Assembly (NCBI GenBank): GCA_004022145.1 | Contig: RCNU01000008.1 | DNA: 64,000 nt | Direction: 5' to 3' (one strand) | From: Paecilomyces variotii | Lineage: Eukaryota | Part shown: positions 35,502-48,561 of the stretch, in pieces | Layout: every line of letters starts with the position of its first letter | Numbering within the stretch: the first letter of the stretch is position 1 | Program-made: the position numbers and the translations under genes | Notes under the pieces: model-generated | Told to the model about the DNA's origin: nothing | Seen by the model: only the letters and a program-made list of their open reading frames with translations | The model's database searches: none

Positions 35502-35736
35502 ATTTGCGAATTTGACAGGCTGTGCTTATCTCTCCATTCACGAGAGCTAGAGGAGTAATAAGGCGATGTACCTCCGAATCGAGATCGACAGACAAAAGAG
35601 ATCTCGAAAGCGATCCCATCACGATCCGATCCGGTCTTGGCGGCCCGGAAGGTCAGGCAAGCTAGACGCACGATGATTGGCGCCCTGAAATGCCTGACAG
35701 GTCCTCGGATGACATAAGCATAGGGGGGTGACTGCT

Positions 35737-35744
35737 ATCACGTG
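35737..35744 (+). promoter_or_regulatory. E-box (ATCACGTG), possible bHLH site in the PET191/lipase divergent promoter
   Basis: Motif match only. Confidence 0.25.
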
Positions 35745-35976
35745 CAAATGCCCATGACGTTTTCGGGTTTCTGCTGGTTCTCTAGCCGGTTTATTACTTC
35801 GTTCTAACTTATCACTTGTTCATTATTAGTTAACTCTTTAAGAGAGAGCCGGGAGACGATCCAGGTCCAGCACTCGTGGGTTGGTGCTGTCGATTCTCTG
35901 TCGCCCCTTTCGTCTCAGGAGGTAGAGGTAGAGATAGACATCCAGTCGATGTAGACTCGGTGGTCGCAAACTCACA

Positions 35977-37815
35977 ATGGCTCGAGTGCCGTTCATTGGA
36001 AGGCTCTTTTGGTAGGTCTGCTCACCTCAGATCAGCGGAATGCCCCGGGACGAGGTCCAGTCGTATGGTTCCCCAGGTTGGCTGACCACTTCTGCGGAAG
36101 AATGCAATTCAATTCTACCCTCTGGCAACTTCAGTCGGGAGTGACTGTCGGCTTACAGATGGCCTTCTCTAGGACCGAATACATCGCGCTCTTTGGCTCT
36201 CTGGTTCTTATCTTCCTCGAAGGTCTCATCCATATCATCACCTTCTGCCTGCGTAAGTTGCATGACCTCAATCATTCCGCTCCCAATTCAATCTGGGGAC
36301 AGCCGAATTCGCAGCTGGACAGGACTGTGCGACTGACAGACAGCAGCGGAGCCGGTGATCAACTACTGTTACAATATCTCCAAAAGCGTCTTCAATCTCC
36401 TGTCAACATCGCAGGGGCGGCTGCCTCGACCTCGACAGCGATCGTTTGCAGAACGGGTTGCTAAAGCGTCCGATTTTGCAGAGCTATGTGGTCTTTTTGG
36501 CTACGAAGCTGAGGAGCATATCGTTCAGACCAAGGATGGCTACCTGCTGGGCCTGCACCGCCTGGCCTATCGCAAAGGCGAAGAAGGGAAGCGAGTGAAC
36601 CATGGAGAAGGCAGTATCCGGAAGAAAGTCGTCTACCTACATCATGGTCTTCTCATGAACAGTGAGGTCTGGGTGTGTCTGACGGACGAACAACGCTGCC
36701 TTCCCTTTCAGCTCGTGGAACGAGGCTATGACGTCTGGCTGGGCAACAATCGGGGCAACAAGTACTCGAAGAAATCGACCCAATTCGCCCCATCATCGAC
36801 GGAGTTCTGGAACTTTTCGATTGATCAGTTTGCCTTTTTCGACATCCCGGACAGCATTGAGTACATCCTGTGCGCCACTGAACAGCCATCGCTGTCGTAC
36901 ATTGGGTTTTCTCAAGGCACAGCTCAAGCGTTCGCCACATTGTCCATCCATCCACTGCTGAACGCGAAGGTCGATGTCTTCATTGCCCTTGCTCCTGCAA
37001 TGGCCCCTGCTGGTCTGCACAACGGTATCGTGGACTCTTTGATGAAAGCGTCACCGAGCGTGGTGTTTCTGGCTTTTGGCCGGAAGAGCATTCTCAGCTC
37101 CACCACGATGTGGCAGGCGATCTTTTACCCACCGATATTCGTGCGCATCATCGATCTCTCCTTGTCCGCTCTTTTCAACTGGACGGGCAACAACATAACC
37201 CAGAACCAGAAGCTCGCGGCCTACCCCCATCTGTACTCTTTCACCAGCACCAAGTCCGTGGTGCACTGGTTCCAGATTATACGGAACAAGAGCTTCCAGA
37301 TGTACGATGACGAGGTTGCCGCGCCGTTCAGCATTGGAGCAAGCAGCCGCTACTACAAGCCCGTCAAGTATCCGACTCGCAATATCAAGTCCCCCGTGGT
37401 TCTCGTGTACGGCGAGAGCGACAGTTTGATTGCCATTGACATCATGCGCAAAGAACTGCCGCGGGGAACCAAGGCAAAGCCGGTTCCCAAGTACGAACAC
37501 CTGGACTTCCTCTGGGCCCGTGATGTGGACACGGCTGTCTTCCCCCATGTGTTCGAGTCTCTGGAGATGTATAGTCGCGGCAAGTCTACCTACGCAGAGA
37601 AGTCGCTCTCTGCCCCGGATCTGTTCACTGACGGGGTGAACAACCATGCTTCATCAAACGCGGTACGGCCCATGTCTAATATTTCTCGCAAGCATCATCC
37701 GGCGAACGAGTCGATCTCTCCGCCAGTAATCTCATACTCGGATCCGGAGTGGCGATTCAACCCTGAGAGAGCGCCTGAAGATGTCGATTTGGATGCTCTA
37801 AGCCGCCAGGAGTAG
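35977..37815 (+). CDS. Acid-lipase-family triacylglycerol lipase/steryl-ester hydrolase (Tgl1/Yeh-like), 527 aa (exons 35977-36011, 36173-36252, 36347-37815)
   Basis: EEHIVQTKDGYLLGLHR, VYLHHGLLMNSEVW, GYDVWLGNNRGNKYS, nucleophile motif GFSQG, YEHLDFLWA. N-terminal TM segment. Confidence 0.93.
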
Positions 37816-38430
37816 GATTTTTTGGGTTTATAATTGCTTTATTTTTCGGTGTTCATATTACAGACGTATATAACAACATAATATATACAGTACATACTTG
37901 GTATTTACAGATTTTGAGCCTTAGTTGATCAGCAGAGATGATGTGCGAGACTGAAGTCACATTCATGAGACAACACCATCATGCTCGTGGATCCCGCGTT
38001 GTAGTCGATCCTTGCTTTCTACTCTGGACCTCCTAGCCTGACGCTGGGTCAGATCTTCTTCGTTCACGTTTAATCAGTAAGATCTGATTCCATCTTCCAT
38101 GTCAATTTCTCCGGCATATTTGACATTGTACGTGTATGGTAACTCAATCAGCAAGCCATGGCCGACCGAGTTAGGAATCCGTGGATTGTAATTTAGCTTG
38201 GTTCCATTCCTTTCTTTATCTTTTATCTTTCCGACCCGGCCTGACACGAAGATAATGCCGGCCTTCCTTTCCTTACCTGATTAAAGCGAGTCCATAGTCG
38301 CAAAAAAAGGCCCGATGCAACCTCTCTAAACACCCCACTGCAGACTAGGAAAACGCGACGATTCCTACAAGAGAATAAAATACCGGGGTGTCCGTAGTCA
38401 TCTCAGCGCAGCAACGATCAATCTTCGTTC

Positions 38431-38445
38431 CTTATCGCACGTGGG
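38431..38445 (+). promoter_or_regulatory. Adjacent GATA (CTTATC) and Pho4-type E-box (GCACGTGGG) upstream of RNase T2
   Basis: cttatcgcacgtggg lies about 470 nt upstream of the RNase T2 ATG. Confidence 0.4.
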
Positions 38446-38912
38446 GAACGATCGACACTCAGCCGAGCTTTCCAGGGGCCAAAGTCGCCCGTTCCTGACG
38501 AGAAATCCATCTTGATAGGCTTGCAGGGCTGCAACGTCATTAAAATACAGATCCACCACGATGTTTCTCGATCATGATGTTTTGGCGAATCGTACAGCTG
38601 AAGCCCGTGAAGGCTGGAGATCTAAACTGTTTCTAAACCACGCTCGGATCGGAGCTATCCAACTTGACATGCGCCTCTACGGCTGTACTATTAGTTAGCA
38701 GCTAGTGTTTGATAGCTAATAGAGATAAATAACTAGATGGTCTTCAGGTACGGAGTACATCTGTCAAGTGAATCGATTTTTTTTATCTACCTTATCTATC
38801 TACTCCCCTCCCTCCTTCTCCAGTCAGATCGATTGAAATTTGCCAGACCCCTTTTTCCTCTTAAGCAATAGTTAGGTAGTTACACTTCCACACGCCCACA
38901 AAACCACCAACA

Positions 38913-40048
38913 ATGCCTCCATCATCGACTCTCTCCAAATCCACAATGGCTGCACTTGCATCCCAGCTCTTCCTCGCCGGAGGCGCACTAGCCAGTCTCC
39001 AAGCCTGCCCTCTCAACACCACCCAACTCAGCTGCCACAACACCACCGCTATCAAAGACTCATGCTGCTTCAACTCGCCCGGCGGTCTTCTCCTCCAGAC
39101 TCAGTTCTGGGACACCAACCCCGCCACGGGACCCGACGATTCCTGGACCATCCATGGGCTCTGGCCGGATAATTGCGATGGCACGTATCAGTCTAATTGC
39201 GATGAGGCGCGCGCGTATAAGAATATTACGGAGATTCTGAAAGCGGAGGGTCGGACGGAGCTGTTGGATTATATGAATACGTATTGGAAGGATGAGGATG
39301 GTGATGATGAGAGTTTCTGGGAGCATGAGTGGGGTAAGTTGAACTTACATTTCCCTTTTATATTGTTAAAAATAGAAATTTCCAAATTATTATACTCTAT
39401 GTGTATGATATGATATGATATAATTGTAATGGGTGCTAATATATATATGAAACCAAAAATACAGGCAAGCACGGAACATGCATCAACACCATCGATCCGA
39501 GCTGCTACACAAACTACAAACCACAGGAAGAAGTAGGCGCTTACTTCAACAAAGTCGTGGATCTCTTCAAGGGTCTGAATACCTACAAGGTGAGTCTTTA
39601 CTTTATTTTGCCCTCAATACTAAACAGAAAATAATAACCCTTTCGTTTTTTTTTAAATAGTTCCTCTCCGACGCCAACATCACCCCTAGCTCCTCCAAGA
39701 CCTACGACCTCAGCGATCTCCAAGACGCCCTGACCAAAGCCCACGGGGCCAAGGTCACGATTAACTGTGAAGACGACGCGCTGGATGAAGTCTGGTATTT
39801 CTTTAATGTTAGAGGGAATGCTATTAATGGTCAATATGTCGCTGCTGATGCTGGTATGTTTTCCGTTCTTATTATTGTCTTTTCGGAACTCGTTATCTAC
39901 CGGGAATGAGAGCAAAAAAAAAAAAAAAGAAAAAAAGAAACCTCCCGCGATGCTTGAACAGATAACTGACTTGATATTTATAATAGCCTCGGATTCCACT
40001 TGTCCTCAATCGGGTATCAAGTACCTTCCTAAAGATAGTGATAACTGA
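38913..40048 (+). CDS. Secreted ribonuclease T2, 266 aa (exons 38913-39333, 39465-39589, 39661-39853, 39987-40048)
   Basis: CAS I WTIHGLWPD, CAS II FWEHEWGKHGTC, signal peptide, C-terminal CPQSGIKYLPK. Confidence 0.96.
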
Positions 40049-40445
40049 ATCGGGTAGGTCTTAGACACCATCTGTTCTCTGTGAAGAAGGAAATGATTCT
40101 TCACTGGGGAATTGTGACGGCCTCTTTCGATCAAAAGGAAATAAAGATCCAAGGCTAAATAAACGGGCTGAATTCCCCTGAATATAACGTTTATGTTGTG
40201 TGGTTCTGGTTTATGTGGTATCTATGATCTAGATGAAAACCAAGTTTGTGTATGGGGATGATATGTATGCACTGATTCATAAAAGTGCCAAGAGCGTATA
40301 CATTGTGGAACGATTTTGCTTCATTTGGGATTGCGCTATTGAAGACTATATTAATCAAACTCTCCTGCAGACCATACTAGGCTGTACTCTAGTGCACATC
40401 TGAGCGAGATTGAAGTCCTGAATCTATACTGGACACAAGAATACA

Positions 40446-41443
40446 ATGGTAGCCGAGATCCCCATTATCGCTCTCTCGCAGCCACGCGATACCCTTGTGG
40501 CTGCCATACGCACCGCCTGTTTTTCGCATGGCTTCTTCCAAGTTATGGAGAGACCCTTGAACCTCCGTCAGTCTCCAGGGACGTATCCTGGCGTACATGG
40601 AGGAATTATTTTCTCAGCCAGAGTCCTTCCAGAAGATCACATCAAAGACTGATCACATTCATGGCTGCTATGAAACCTTTCAGCGATACTCTCGACGTAC
40701 CGCGCAGAAAACCAGATCTGAATGAAGGATTCTGCATCGCGCCAGAGTTCGTTGACGACCGCGAGAGATGCGTGACCCGTGGCGTGTAGTGACCGAGGAT
40801 AATGATCCGATTGGGTTCAACGAGACGGCAAAAGAATACTATCGGAAGGCAGACGAGCTACGTCGCTTCATAGCGGCCCTCATCGCAGAAGGATTGGATC
40901 TGCCAAGTGTTTATTTCGAAGAGTATTTCGAAGAGCAGATGTCGCATTGCAGGCTAATCCATTACCACGGGCCAGGATGTAAAAAGGAACGGGACGATGG
41001 ATCGGCGTATGACTCCATACCGACCGGGGTCTGATCACACTCTTGTTCCAAGATAACGTTGGAGGGCTGGGAATACTGGACAAGGAGACGGGCAATCTCA
41101 TATCTGTGCCGCCATCCGATGGAGCGGATGTGATAAACTGCGATGATCTCCTATCGCGATTCATAAACGGGGTGTAAACGTTTACACAGCATAGAGTTAA
41201 GGCCCCTCCGCCAGGCGTACAGCAGGACAGCATACCGTACTTCTGTGATGGTAATCCAGCATGTTTTGGTGGACGTGCTGCCACTGGGAGCCGAGTGGAA
41301 GGAATGGGTTGAAGGTCGACGAGGTGCAGCGCCAGGAGCCTATCAAGGCCTGCGTGTATTTCGAGGGCAAGTGGAAAGAGAGTACACTCCCCAGTGACGA
41401 GATACTTACTCTCAAAGTGACGGCAAACTCGATAGCCGTATGA
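40446..41443 (+). pseudogene. Decayed 2-oxoglutarate/Fe(II) dioxygenase (IPNS/DIOX-like) pseudogene
   Basis: Motifs are spread over several frames: IPIIALS...IRTACFSHGFFQV; PDLNEGFCI; CRLIHY; IGV*LHTDRGLITLLFQDNVGGL; VINCDDLLSRFINGV*TFTQHRV; SIPYF. In-frame stops at 41010-41012 (TGA) and 41175-41177 (TAA), plus multiple frameshifts not explained by introns. Confidence 0.88.
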
Positions 41444-41516
41444 GACCGACGTAGACCTCGACAATCATTTTGCACAGAGCATGTGTTGATCAGGGCCATC
41501 ATTGGACAAGAATGTA

Positions 41517-42685
41517 TTAAAGCCCCTTCAATCGTGCCTGCCTTCTTTCCTCCTCCCTCTTAGCTTCCATGCGATCCAGGAAGTCCATCCGGCCAAGGTA
41601 GCCTTCCTTAGCCCTGCTATGGACGTTGAGCTCATCTTTGATACCAGCCTGATCCACGTAGGCGGCCCAGTCGAGTCGTGATTTCTCGACTGTGTTGAGC
41701 TTGGGCCCTTTGGAATCCGTGTTTTCGCCCGTAATATCGCCAGATGGCTGCTTGTCCCAGCTTTTCTTGATAAATCCAGGAGGATTTGGATCAAATCGAG
41801 AATACTTGCGGAGAGGCCTGCGTAGCTTGACGGCGGCCTTCTTAGCCTCAGCGTCGTCAACATCTATAGTAGTCTCCGCGTTATCCTTTCCTTCGTTTGA
41901 GAGAAAGAGTTTCGCTTCAGCCGAATCCTTTGGAACAAGTTTCTCTTCTGTGATCATTTCCCCAGCGAACTTGTATGTGCGCTTTATCTTGATCATCTCC
42001 TCCGAGGGCAGTGTCGGCGCTTTCTGCTGCGCGGCTTCTGTTTCGCGATCTGGACTCTCTTTTTTCTCATCCTCCGCTGCAATGCCGTCTTGCTCCTGCG
42101 CTTTTTGTGTGGGTAAAGGTGCAGCACCGGTGTAAGGCTGGTTCATCTTCTCCCACAGTGCATCAACATCGATAGTAGCACCGTCAATTTTCGCCAGTGG
42201 TCTGCGCTCCTCCTGTCTGTAAAGAAACACATTCGTTAGTATGTGACTCTTATAGCAAATAAGGTAGAACGGCGCAAAAACCTAACTTACATTTTCATCC
42301 TCATAGACCTCGTCTTCACGAAGCCTCCTTCGCCGCCCTCATCATCCTCATCGAAATCAATATCTTCCTCGTCCCCATCAACAATAGTTCCTTTTCCTTT
42401 CTTCTTGTTCTTTTCCTTCCTTTCTGTCGCTTTCTGTATCATCGCCTCATCACCAGAATCAAGTTCCAGTTCATCGATCTTGGTCTCTTTCCCAGCGGTG
42501 ACTTTTCGCCTCTTCGCCGGCCTGCCACCAGATTCCTGCGTTTCCTCTTCAGACGATTCTTCAGATTCATCTTGACCGGCGCCATCGAGCTCGAAGTCCT
42601 CGTCTTCTTCTGAGTTGTATTCCTCGTCGTTTTCGAGATCCAAATGATTCTCCACCGGATCAGCGGCGGCTGCGGCAACCGGCAT
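41517..42685 (-). CDS. SWC5: SWR1 complex subunit Swc5 (BCNT domain), 364 aa (exons 42685-42291, 42216-41517)
   Basis: Acidic N-terminus YNSEEDEDF, IKRTYKFAGE, BCNT motif KLNTVEKSRLDWAAYVDQAGIKDEL...GYLGRMDFL. Confidence 0.93.
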
Positions 42686-43215
42686 CGTGGCTGTAGTCAA
42701 GGGCTTCCACGGTGCTTTTGTGATATATGAGATATAGCTGCAAAGTCCCAGTCCCAAGAGCTGCAGCTAAGCAGTAGATAGTAATGTGAGAACAGGATTA
42801 AATGAAGCTCGAAAAAGTGTCGGACTGCGGCGCGAGCTCCGCGTAAAGTGGAAAGCGCGAATTCTGCCAAAGGCGGTGTGATAGACGTTGCTATTCCTGC
42901 GAGATAAGCTGCTCACATTCTAAGAATGACATTCCTAGGAAGAAACAACAACTGAATATTTGATATCGTTATTAGAATATGAAATACTAATAGTGACGCC
43001 ACTCCTGATGGTGCCTAATACAGCATTGTATACCATCTACATTCATCGTGAAGCATTGTTCAATCGACTGTCCCAATAACTAACAGGTACCTATTCCTAC
43101 ACCCTAAATCCTTTCAGAAGCATCTGAACTGCTCAAAATTCCTTGTATATATATATCCTAAATCTTCCACTCAGCAAACAAGATCATATGAGGTCACACG
43201 GCTCCTGAAACTTCC

Positions 43216-43982
43216 TCAAGGTCCCTTGACAGTGATCGTGGCCTTCTGTAGCTCGAAATCTTCACGTCGCTTCCTGTCGACACCACGTTCAAGGAACCAT
43301 CCAGCGGCAGCAGCAGCGCCCATGATCACCTCGAGACTGATCAACAACCCAAGCAGGATTAATCCAGCTCTGGTTTCCATGCAGTCGCGAGAGAAGCTGG
43401 CAGGGGCACTCAGAGATTGACCATTATCAGTGACATTCATTCCCTTTAGGGATTTCCATCTACAAGTCCAAGAGTGGATTGTCTCGTAATTGGTGAATCC
43501 GTTCGGGTATCTTGATGGAGGCATGTAGATGGCGAAAACCACGCCAGTCACGGATGTTATAAGTCCTGCGAGCGCGACGGCTGCGGAAAGGAAGGTGAGG
43601 AGCCTTGTTTTTGAATGAGGCTGGTACAAATTATTAGATTCGAGCTATATGTATGTATGATTAGGAAGGAACGTACTGAGGGCAGAATGGCTGCGATGAT
43701 ATAGATCAATGCCTGGAAGGCGATCACTGCACCACAAGCCAATAGAGCGTTCGTCTGACGCAGGTCGAGGTTGAGAGGCCAAAGAACGAGCCAGTATTTC
43801 TCAAAAGAACTTGTCTCCTTATAGTGATGTAGTGGGACGGCCTCGCAACCGACAATTGCAACTGCTGCCGCAAAGATCAGAAACGCCACGCCGAGACGTA
43901 TCCGATTGACGACTTTGGCCCGGGAGAGATAGGCAGATTCTTGGTCTGAAGAGAAGCCGGAAAAGGTCGACTGAGAACTCAT
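43216..43982 (-). CDS. Four-TM fungal membrane protein (MARVEL-like), 236 aa (exons 43982-43677, 43620-43216)
   Basis: Four hydrophobic segments, a WPxNLD loop and a loop ETIHSWTC...FSRDC. Frame-preserving GTACGT...CTAAT...CAG intron. Confidence 0.8.
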
Positions 43983-45223
43983 TGTGGAGATGAACGAAGA
44001 TTATATACCAGTGATTGCAGATAATGACACGAGTAAACTTTGCTGCAGAAGATCGGCTTGCAGTATAGAAAGACAAAAGGCGTAGAGCACGTTTAAGGAG
44101 CGGAGAAGTAAAGCAATAAGAGGCTAGCCAGAGCAACTCTTCGAAGACTATAGAGAGAAGAAAGATTATATTTACTTCGGCAAAAAAAAGAAGGCAGAGA
44201 AAAGTACCAGCTGTGGAAGGACCAGAGATACTTAATGTATATTTTCCAGCTGGTCAGCTCGATTCTGCCGTGAAATTTCCATTTGTTATGCATAGTTGAT
44301 CTAGATGGCACTGTCGTACCGATAGTCCCACGAAGAAAGTGAATTCTTCAGCAGATTCGGTTCCTGGGCTAATAAACTCATGTTATTGGTGATGTTCAAC
44401 CTGAAGAATACCATAAACAGCCATAGTGGGGTATCTCTGCAACTCTCTGCATCCAGACCTATGTCTATTTCTGGAGCCATAAGTCTGATTCCGATTGCCA
44501 AGCGTATAGGTCTCGAGGAGAGTTAAGGATAGGCTGTAAAAGGCGTCAGGAAACCGAAGGGAAGCGCCCAGCCAGATCGTTTTCTACAGGACAAGGACGA
44601 ATCGGTCTCTATGGGTCTGTGACACTGAACCCCTCTTGCTGCACGCGATGTGATGGAAACTGAAGAGACGGGCGCTATTGAAAGTGATATGTTGAAAGAA
44701 AGCGCCGGGGATATCGACTCCAGCCTAGGGCTTGAGGGTCGGCGGCTCCAGATCCCAGGGGGGTCTGACAATCATGATTCATTGGCTTCGAGGATCAGCC
44801 CTAAGACAAGCTCTCTTCGCTGATATTTTCCCGATTTGTGCATGTAATGGATCCAGCATACTCTCATGATAGCAGGATCTTTGGGAGCTCGAGCTGCACT
44901 TTGTTAACCTTGTCTTCATGCATTAATACTCTAAAGTCAACGTCAGTTGCGATAAACGACAAAGAAGGATGAGGGGCAAAATGTACCTCCTTTACTGCAA
45001 TTGGCTGTTCATGACGCCTGACCGCTTTCGGCAGAAACTCTCAAAATCACATGATCCTGCGAACTTGGAATAAGACTGACCAATGATATTGCACGAAATG
45101 ACGCAGTCCAACTTGTAAAAAAAATCGATTTTCTAGATCGCGGGGAATTATTCTATGGGGAATAATTCAATACATCACAACTAATTAGGTTTCTCTGAGA
45201 CCATCCAGCCCCAGGGAATCATC

Positions 45224-46415
45224 ATGCTTTTCCAAAAGCTGAGGGGAGTCAGGTTCCCCGCAACTGCGGATTTCCACGGTAGGCCATGCCAGCAAACGGA
45301 CCGCTTTGGATAGATGGCTAATGCATAGAACAGTGCATCTTCGAGATGGCGCGATGATGGAACTAGTCGTGCCAACCCTGCGCAGAGGCGGAGTAAATAC
45401 CGTGATGGTTATGGTAGGTAGTTGAATCGTCGAGTACAACTATTCATTTGCCTCTTATTCCACATCTGATTTCGTATATCAGCCCAATCTGGTCCCGCCG
45501 GTGACTACCGTCCAGCAAGCCCTGGACTATCGAAAGCGCCTGGAAGCCATTGAGCCGAAGGTGAAGTATCTCATGTCTCTCTATCTACATGAGTCGATCA
45601 CCCCGGAGACCATCGTTGAAGCCAAGCAGAGAGGCATCACGAATGTGAAGAGCTATCCTGCTGGTGTCACCACCAACTCCTCTTCCGGAGTTGTTGACTA
45701 CACTTCTTTCTACCCTGTCTTCGCGGAGATGGAACGTCAGGGTCTCATCTTGAACCTGCACGGAGAGCTGCCTTCAAAGGGAGACATTACGGTCATGTCT
45801 GCGGAGGAACGCTTCCTCCCGACCCTGTTCGAGCTCCACGCAAAGTTCCCCAAGCTTCGTATTATTCTGGAACATCTCACAACCGCTGCAGCCGTAGAGG
45901 CTGTGAAGAAGTGCGGCCCGACGGTCGCTGGTACGATCACCGCCCACCACCTCTCCATCATCGTTGATCACTGGGCTGGCGACCCCTTCTGCTTCTGCAA
46001 GCCTGTCGCCAAAACTCCCGCTGATCGTGACGCTCTTCTGCGAGCTGCGACATCTGGCAACCCTAAGTTCTTCTTCGGTTCGGACAGTGCTCCTCATCCG
46101 GCTATCGCGAAGCGTGGCGGAGACAAGATTGCCGCCGGAGTCTTCTCCCAGCCCTACGCTTCCCAGTTGGTAGTCGACGCTTTTGACCAGGGCTGCCAGA
46201 ATGGTGTCTTGAAGGAAGAGGATATTACCCCGGAGATCATCGAAGGCTTTCTGAGCAAGTTCGGTAGACAATTCTACGGGCTTGAGGAGGAGAAGCAAGA
46301 ATTCATCACCTTTGACGAGGCCGGCGATGTCATTGAGGATATCCTGAAATCGGACGCCGTTGATGTGGTGCCGTTCCGACGGGGACAGAAGACGTGGGGC
46401 ATTTCTTGGGTTTAA
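45224..46415 (+). CDS. URA4: Dihydroorotase (homodimeric type), 355 aa (exons 45224-45278, 45334-45413, 45483-46415)
   Basis: DFHVHLRDG, VMPNLVPP, KSYPAGVTTNS, NLHGE, ILEHLTT, TITAHHL, FCKPVAK, FFGSDSAPH. Confidence 0.97.
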
Positions 46416-46733
46416 GTTGTTGCTACATAGAACTTAACTACATAGTCATCTCATTAGCGGCTGAGGACCGCGTGGATGCGGGCCCTGAAAACGTGACCCA
46501 GGCAGGTCTTCGAAAGTTGATACTGCTTCTCTTTATGAAGCTTGGATATTGTTCGTTAATTAGCTCTTTACCATTATAAAGTCATCGGTCCCACCGTCCT
46601 TAGCTCATGCAGAGGTATAGGGACATCCAGGCAGAACTCCGTAAACAAACCTTGCCGTAATCGCGGAACCAAAAAGCGCCTATGGACACCCAAAGAATCA
46701 TGACCATGGTGTAAAAATTGTAGGATCGTTCCA

Positions 46734-48074
46734 CTATGAAGAATTCTTCTTCTCGTCATCCACAAGCATTCCCATAACATTCTCCACAGCTTGCGCTTCA
46801 TTAGCTCTGATCTTTCTACCTGCCAGGACAATATTCCCTTCGTCCATGGCGAGTTCTCCTGCCCTCTCCAGGTGGAGTCTGATTCTGCTCTCGATGTAGG
46901 CTCGTCGTTCAGCCTTCCTGCTATCAAGTTCCATATCATCGGCCGACTTGGGCAATGTGGCTAGCCGAGGACGAAGCTGATTGAGCATGTTACGGAGCGC
47001 TGGCAGCTGAGATAGTATGAATGTGGCGTGCGTGGTGAGATGATTGCTGGTTCCCGACTCTGCTCCACTTCCAACCTTCAGCTGCGTCGCGGCGGGGTCG
47101 GAAGTTAGGAATGAAAGGTCAGGGAGATTGGGGTCTCGAGTTGGTCGGGAATCCTGAGAGTCAGCGCTGCTGGCTGCTTGTTTCGTGGTTGTTGCTTCCG
47201 CGCTTGAAATGATGGATCGTAGTTGTGCGATGATTGCTTCATTGCGGGCAGACTCTTGCTTCAAGGCTCGTTGTAGTTTTCTGGTCTCATGGAGCTTTTT
47301 TCTTTGGACATTTATCGACTCTGGAGTGGGCGCATTCGGTGATGATAAGTTGTCGAATGAGAGGTTCTAATGTAGTAATCAGCAAATTAGCAATAGAGCC
47401 ATTGTTCAACCCCCAAGAGGGGGGATCCCCAGAACCGCAGCGCGCAAGCATTTTGTCTTTGCTTCCCAAGCATGGTTACAGGCGACAAAACCGTAGATAG
47501 CTAGACGACAGAGTATTCTTAGACTCCAAACTGGTACTGCATACCTCATAATGTCGAAGTCTGATCCATCCTGCCAAATTCTCAGGCACCGTCAAGATGT
47601 TGCGTAGAACGTAGATTTCGAATTTATCAAACGCCTTGTCAACCGTCGCCTCTAACAGTGTCTCCAGCTGATGGAGCCCATTCTCTATTTCTAATTTTGC
47701 CTCAGGATACTCGACGTTTCCATCCGCATCGGTGTCAGGGATAGTGGATCCAACGTTGGTGTGCGAGAAGCCCAGGCGTTCCGGAGGGGTCGACAGAAGT
47801 CCGGACTCGAGACTGGAAATGGCTTGGTAGATGAGATTGTTGATGGAGTTGATAATATCATCTATTAGAGACTAGACACGTAATCTGAGTATCAGTAACT
47901 TAGTTCTGATATGTCAATTATCTTCAAGATCAACCGGAACACGCAGATGTTCGCCGGGCCTAGGAGCTGCCCGGCACTATATGTTAGGGAAATATCAGAA
48001 TAACATTGACATTGACCCACCAAAGGCGTGTAACTAAAGTGTTCCGTGAGCAGAGCAGTTGTCGTATCGTTCAT
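46734..48074 (-). CDS. MIS12: Kinetochore protein Mis12/Mtw1, 337 aa (exons 48074-48021, 47871-47545, 47366-46734)
   Basis: LLTEHFSYTPLSLIDDIINSINNL...EIENGLHQLETLLEATVDKAFDKFEIYVLRNILTVP...IRLRHYE. Confidence 0.93.
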
Positions 48075-48561
48075 ATTGACAGATTGCGCCGCAGGCAGGC
48101 ATTCTCTCGCCAAATTGATTGATAGAAATTCCTGCCGCGCGGGCGGACGCGATGGTTATTGATTTCGATAAGGTACGCGATTCTGCCGGAAAGCGGTGGC
48201 CGTTTTAACTAACTGCTTAAGTACCATAGGCGGCAACGGCTCCCAGTTCTGACTTGATCACGGACCACTCTATATAGACTAGCCACTAACCTAGTAGTAA
48301 TAAACAAATCACGGAGCCATCTTCAATCCAGCTGCTGAATTACAACTGAAAAGTATTTTACTGTTGAATAATGAATCAACTTATGGATATTAATTTTTCT
48401 TGAAGTGAAGAAATATAAAAAAGGCTCTTAATCCTGACGGCCCGGCCGGTATTAGAATACAAAAGCATGGAAACAGGGTAATATGCTAGACAATAATGAC
48501 TGGAAACGGCAGGATGACTTCATAAACTCATCCATCACTGTGTCCCAATGTAAGTTTAAAA

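Noticed and set aside
47367-47544. Possible H/ACA snoRNA in MIS12 intron 2 (AGACAA and ACA boxes, short hairpins)
   Set aside because: I could not build two convincing hairpins with pseudouridylation pockets by eye.
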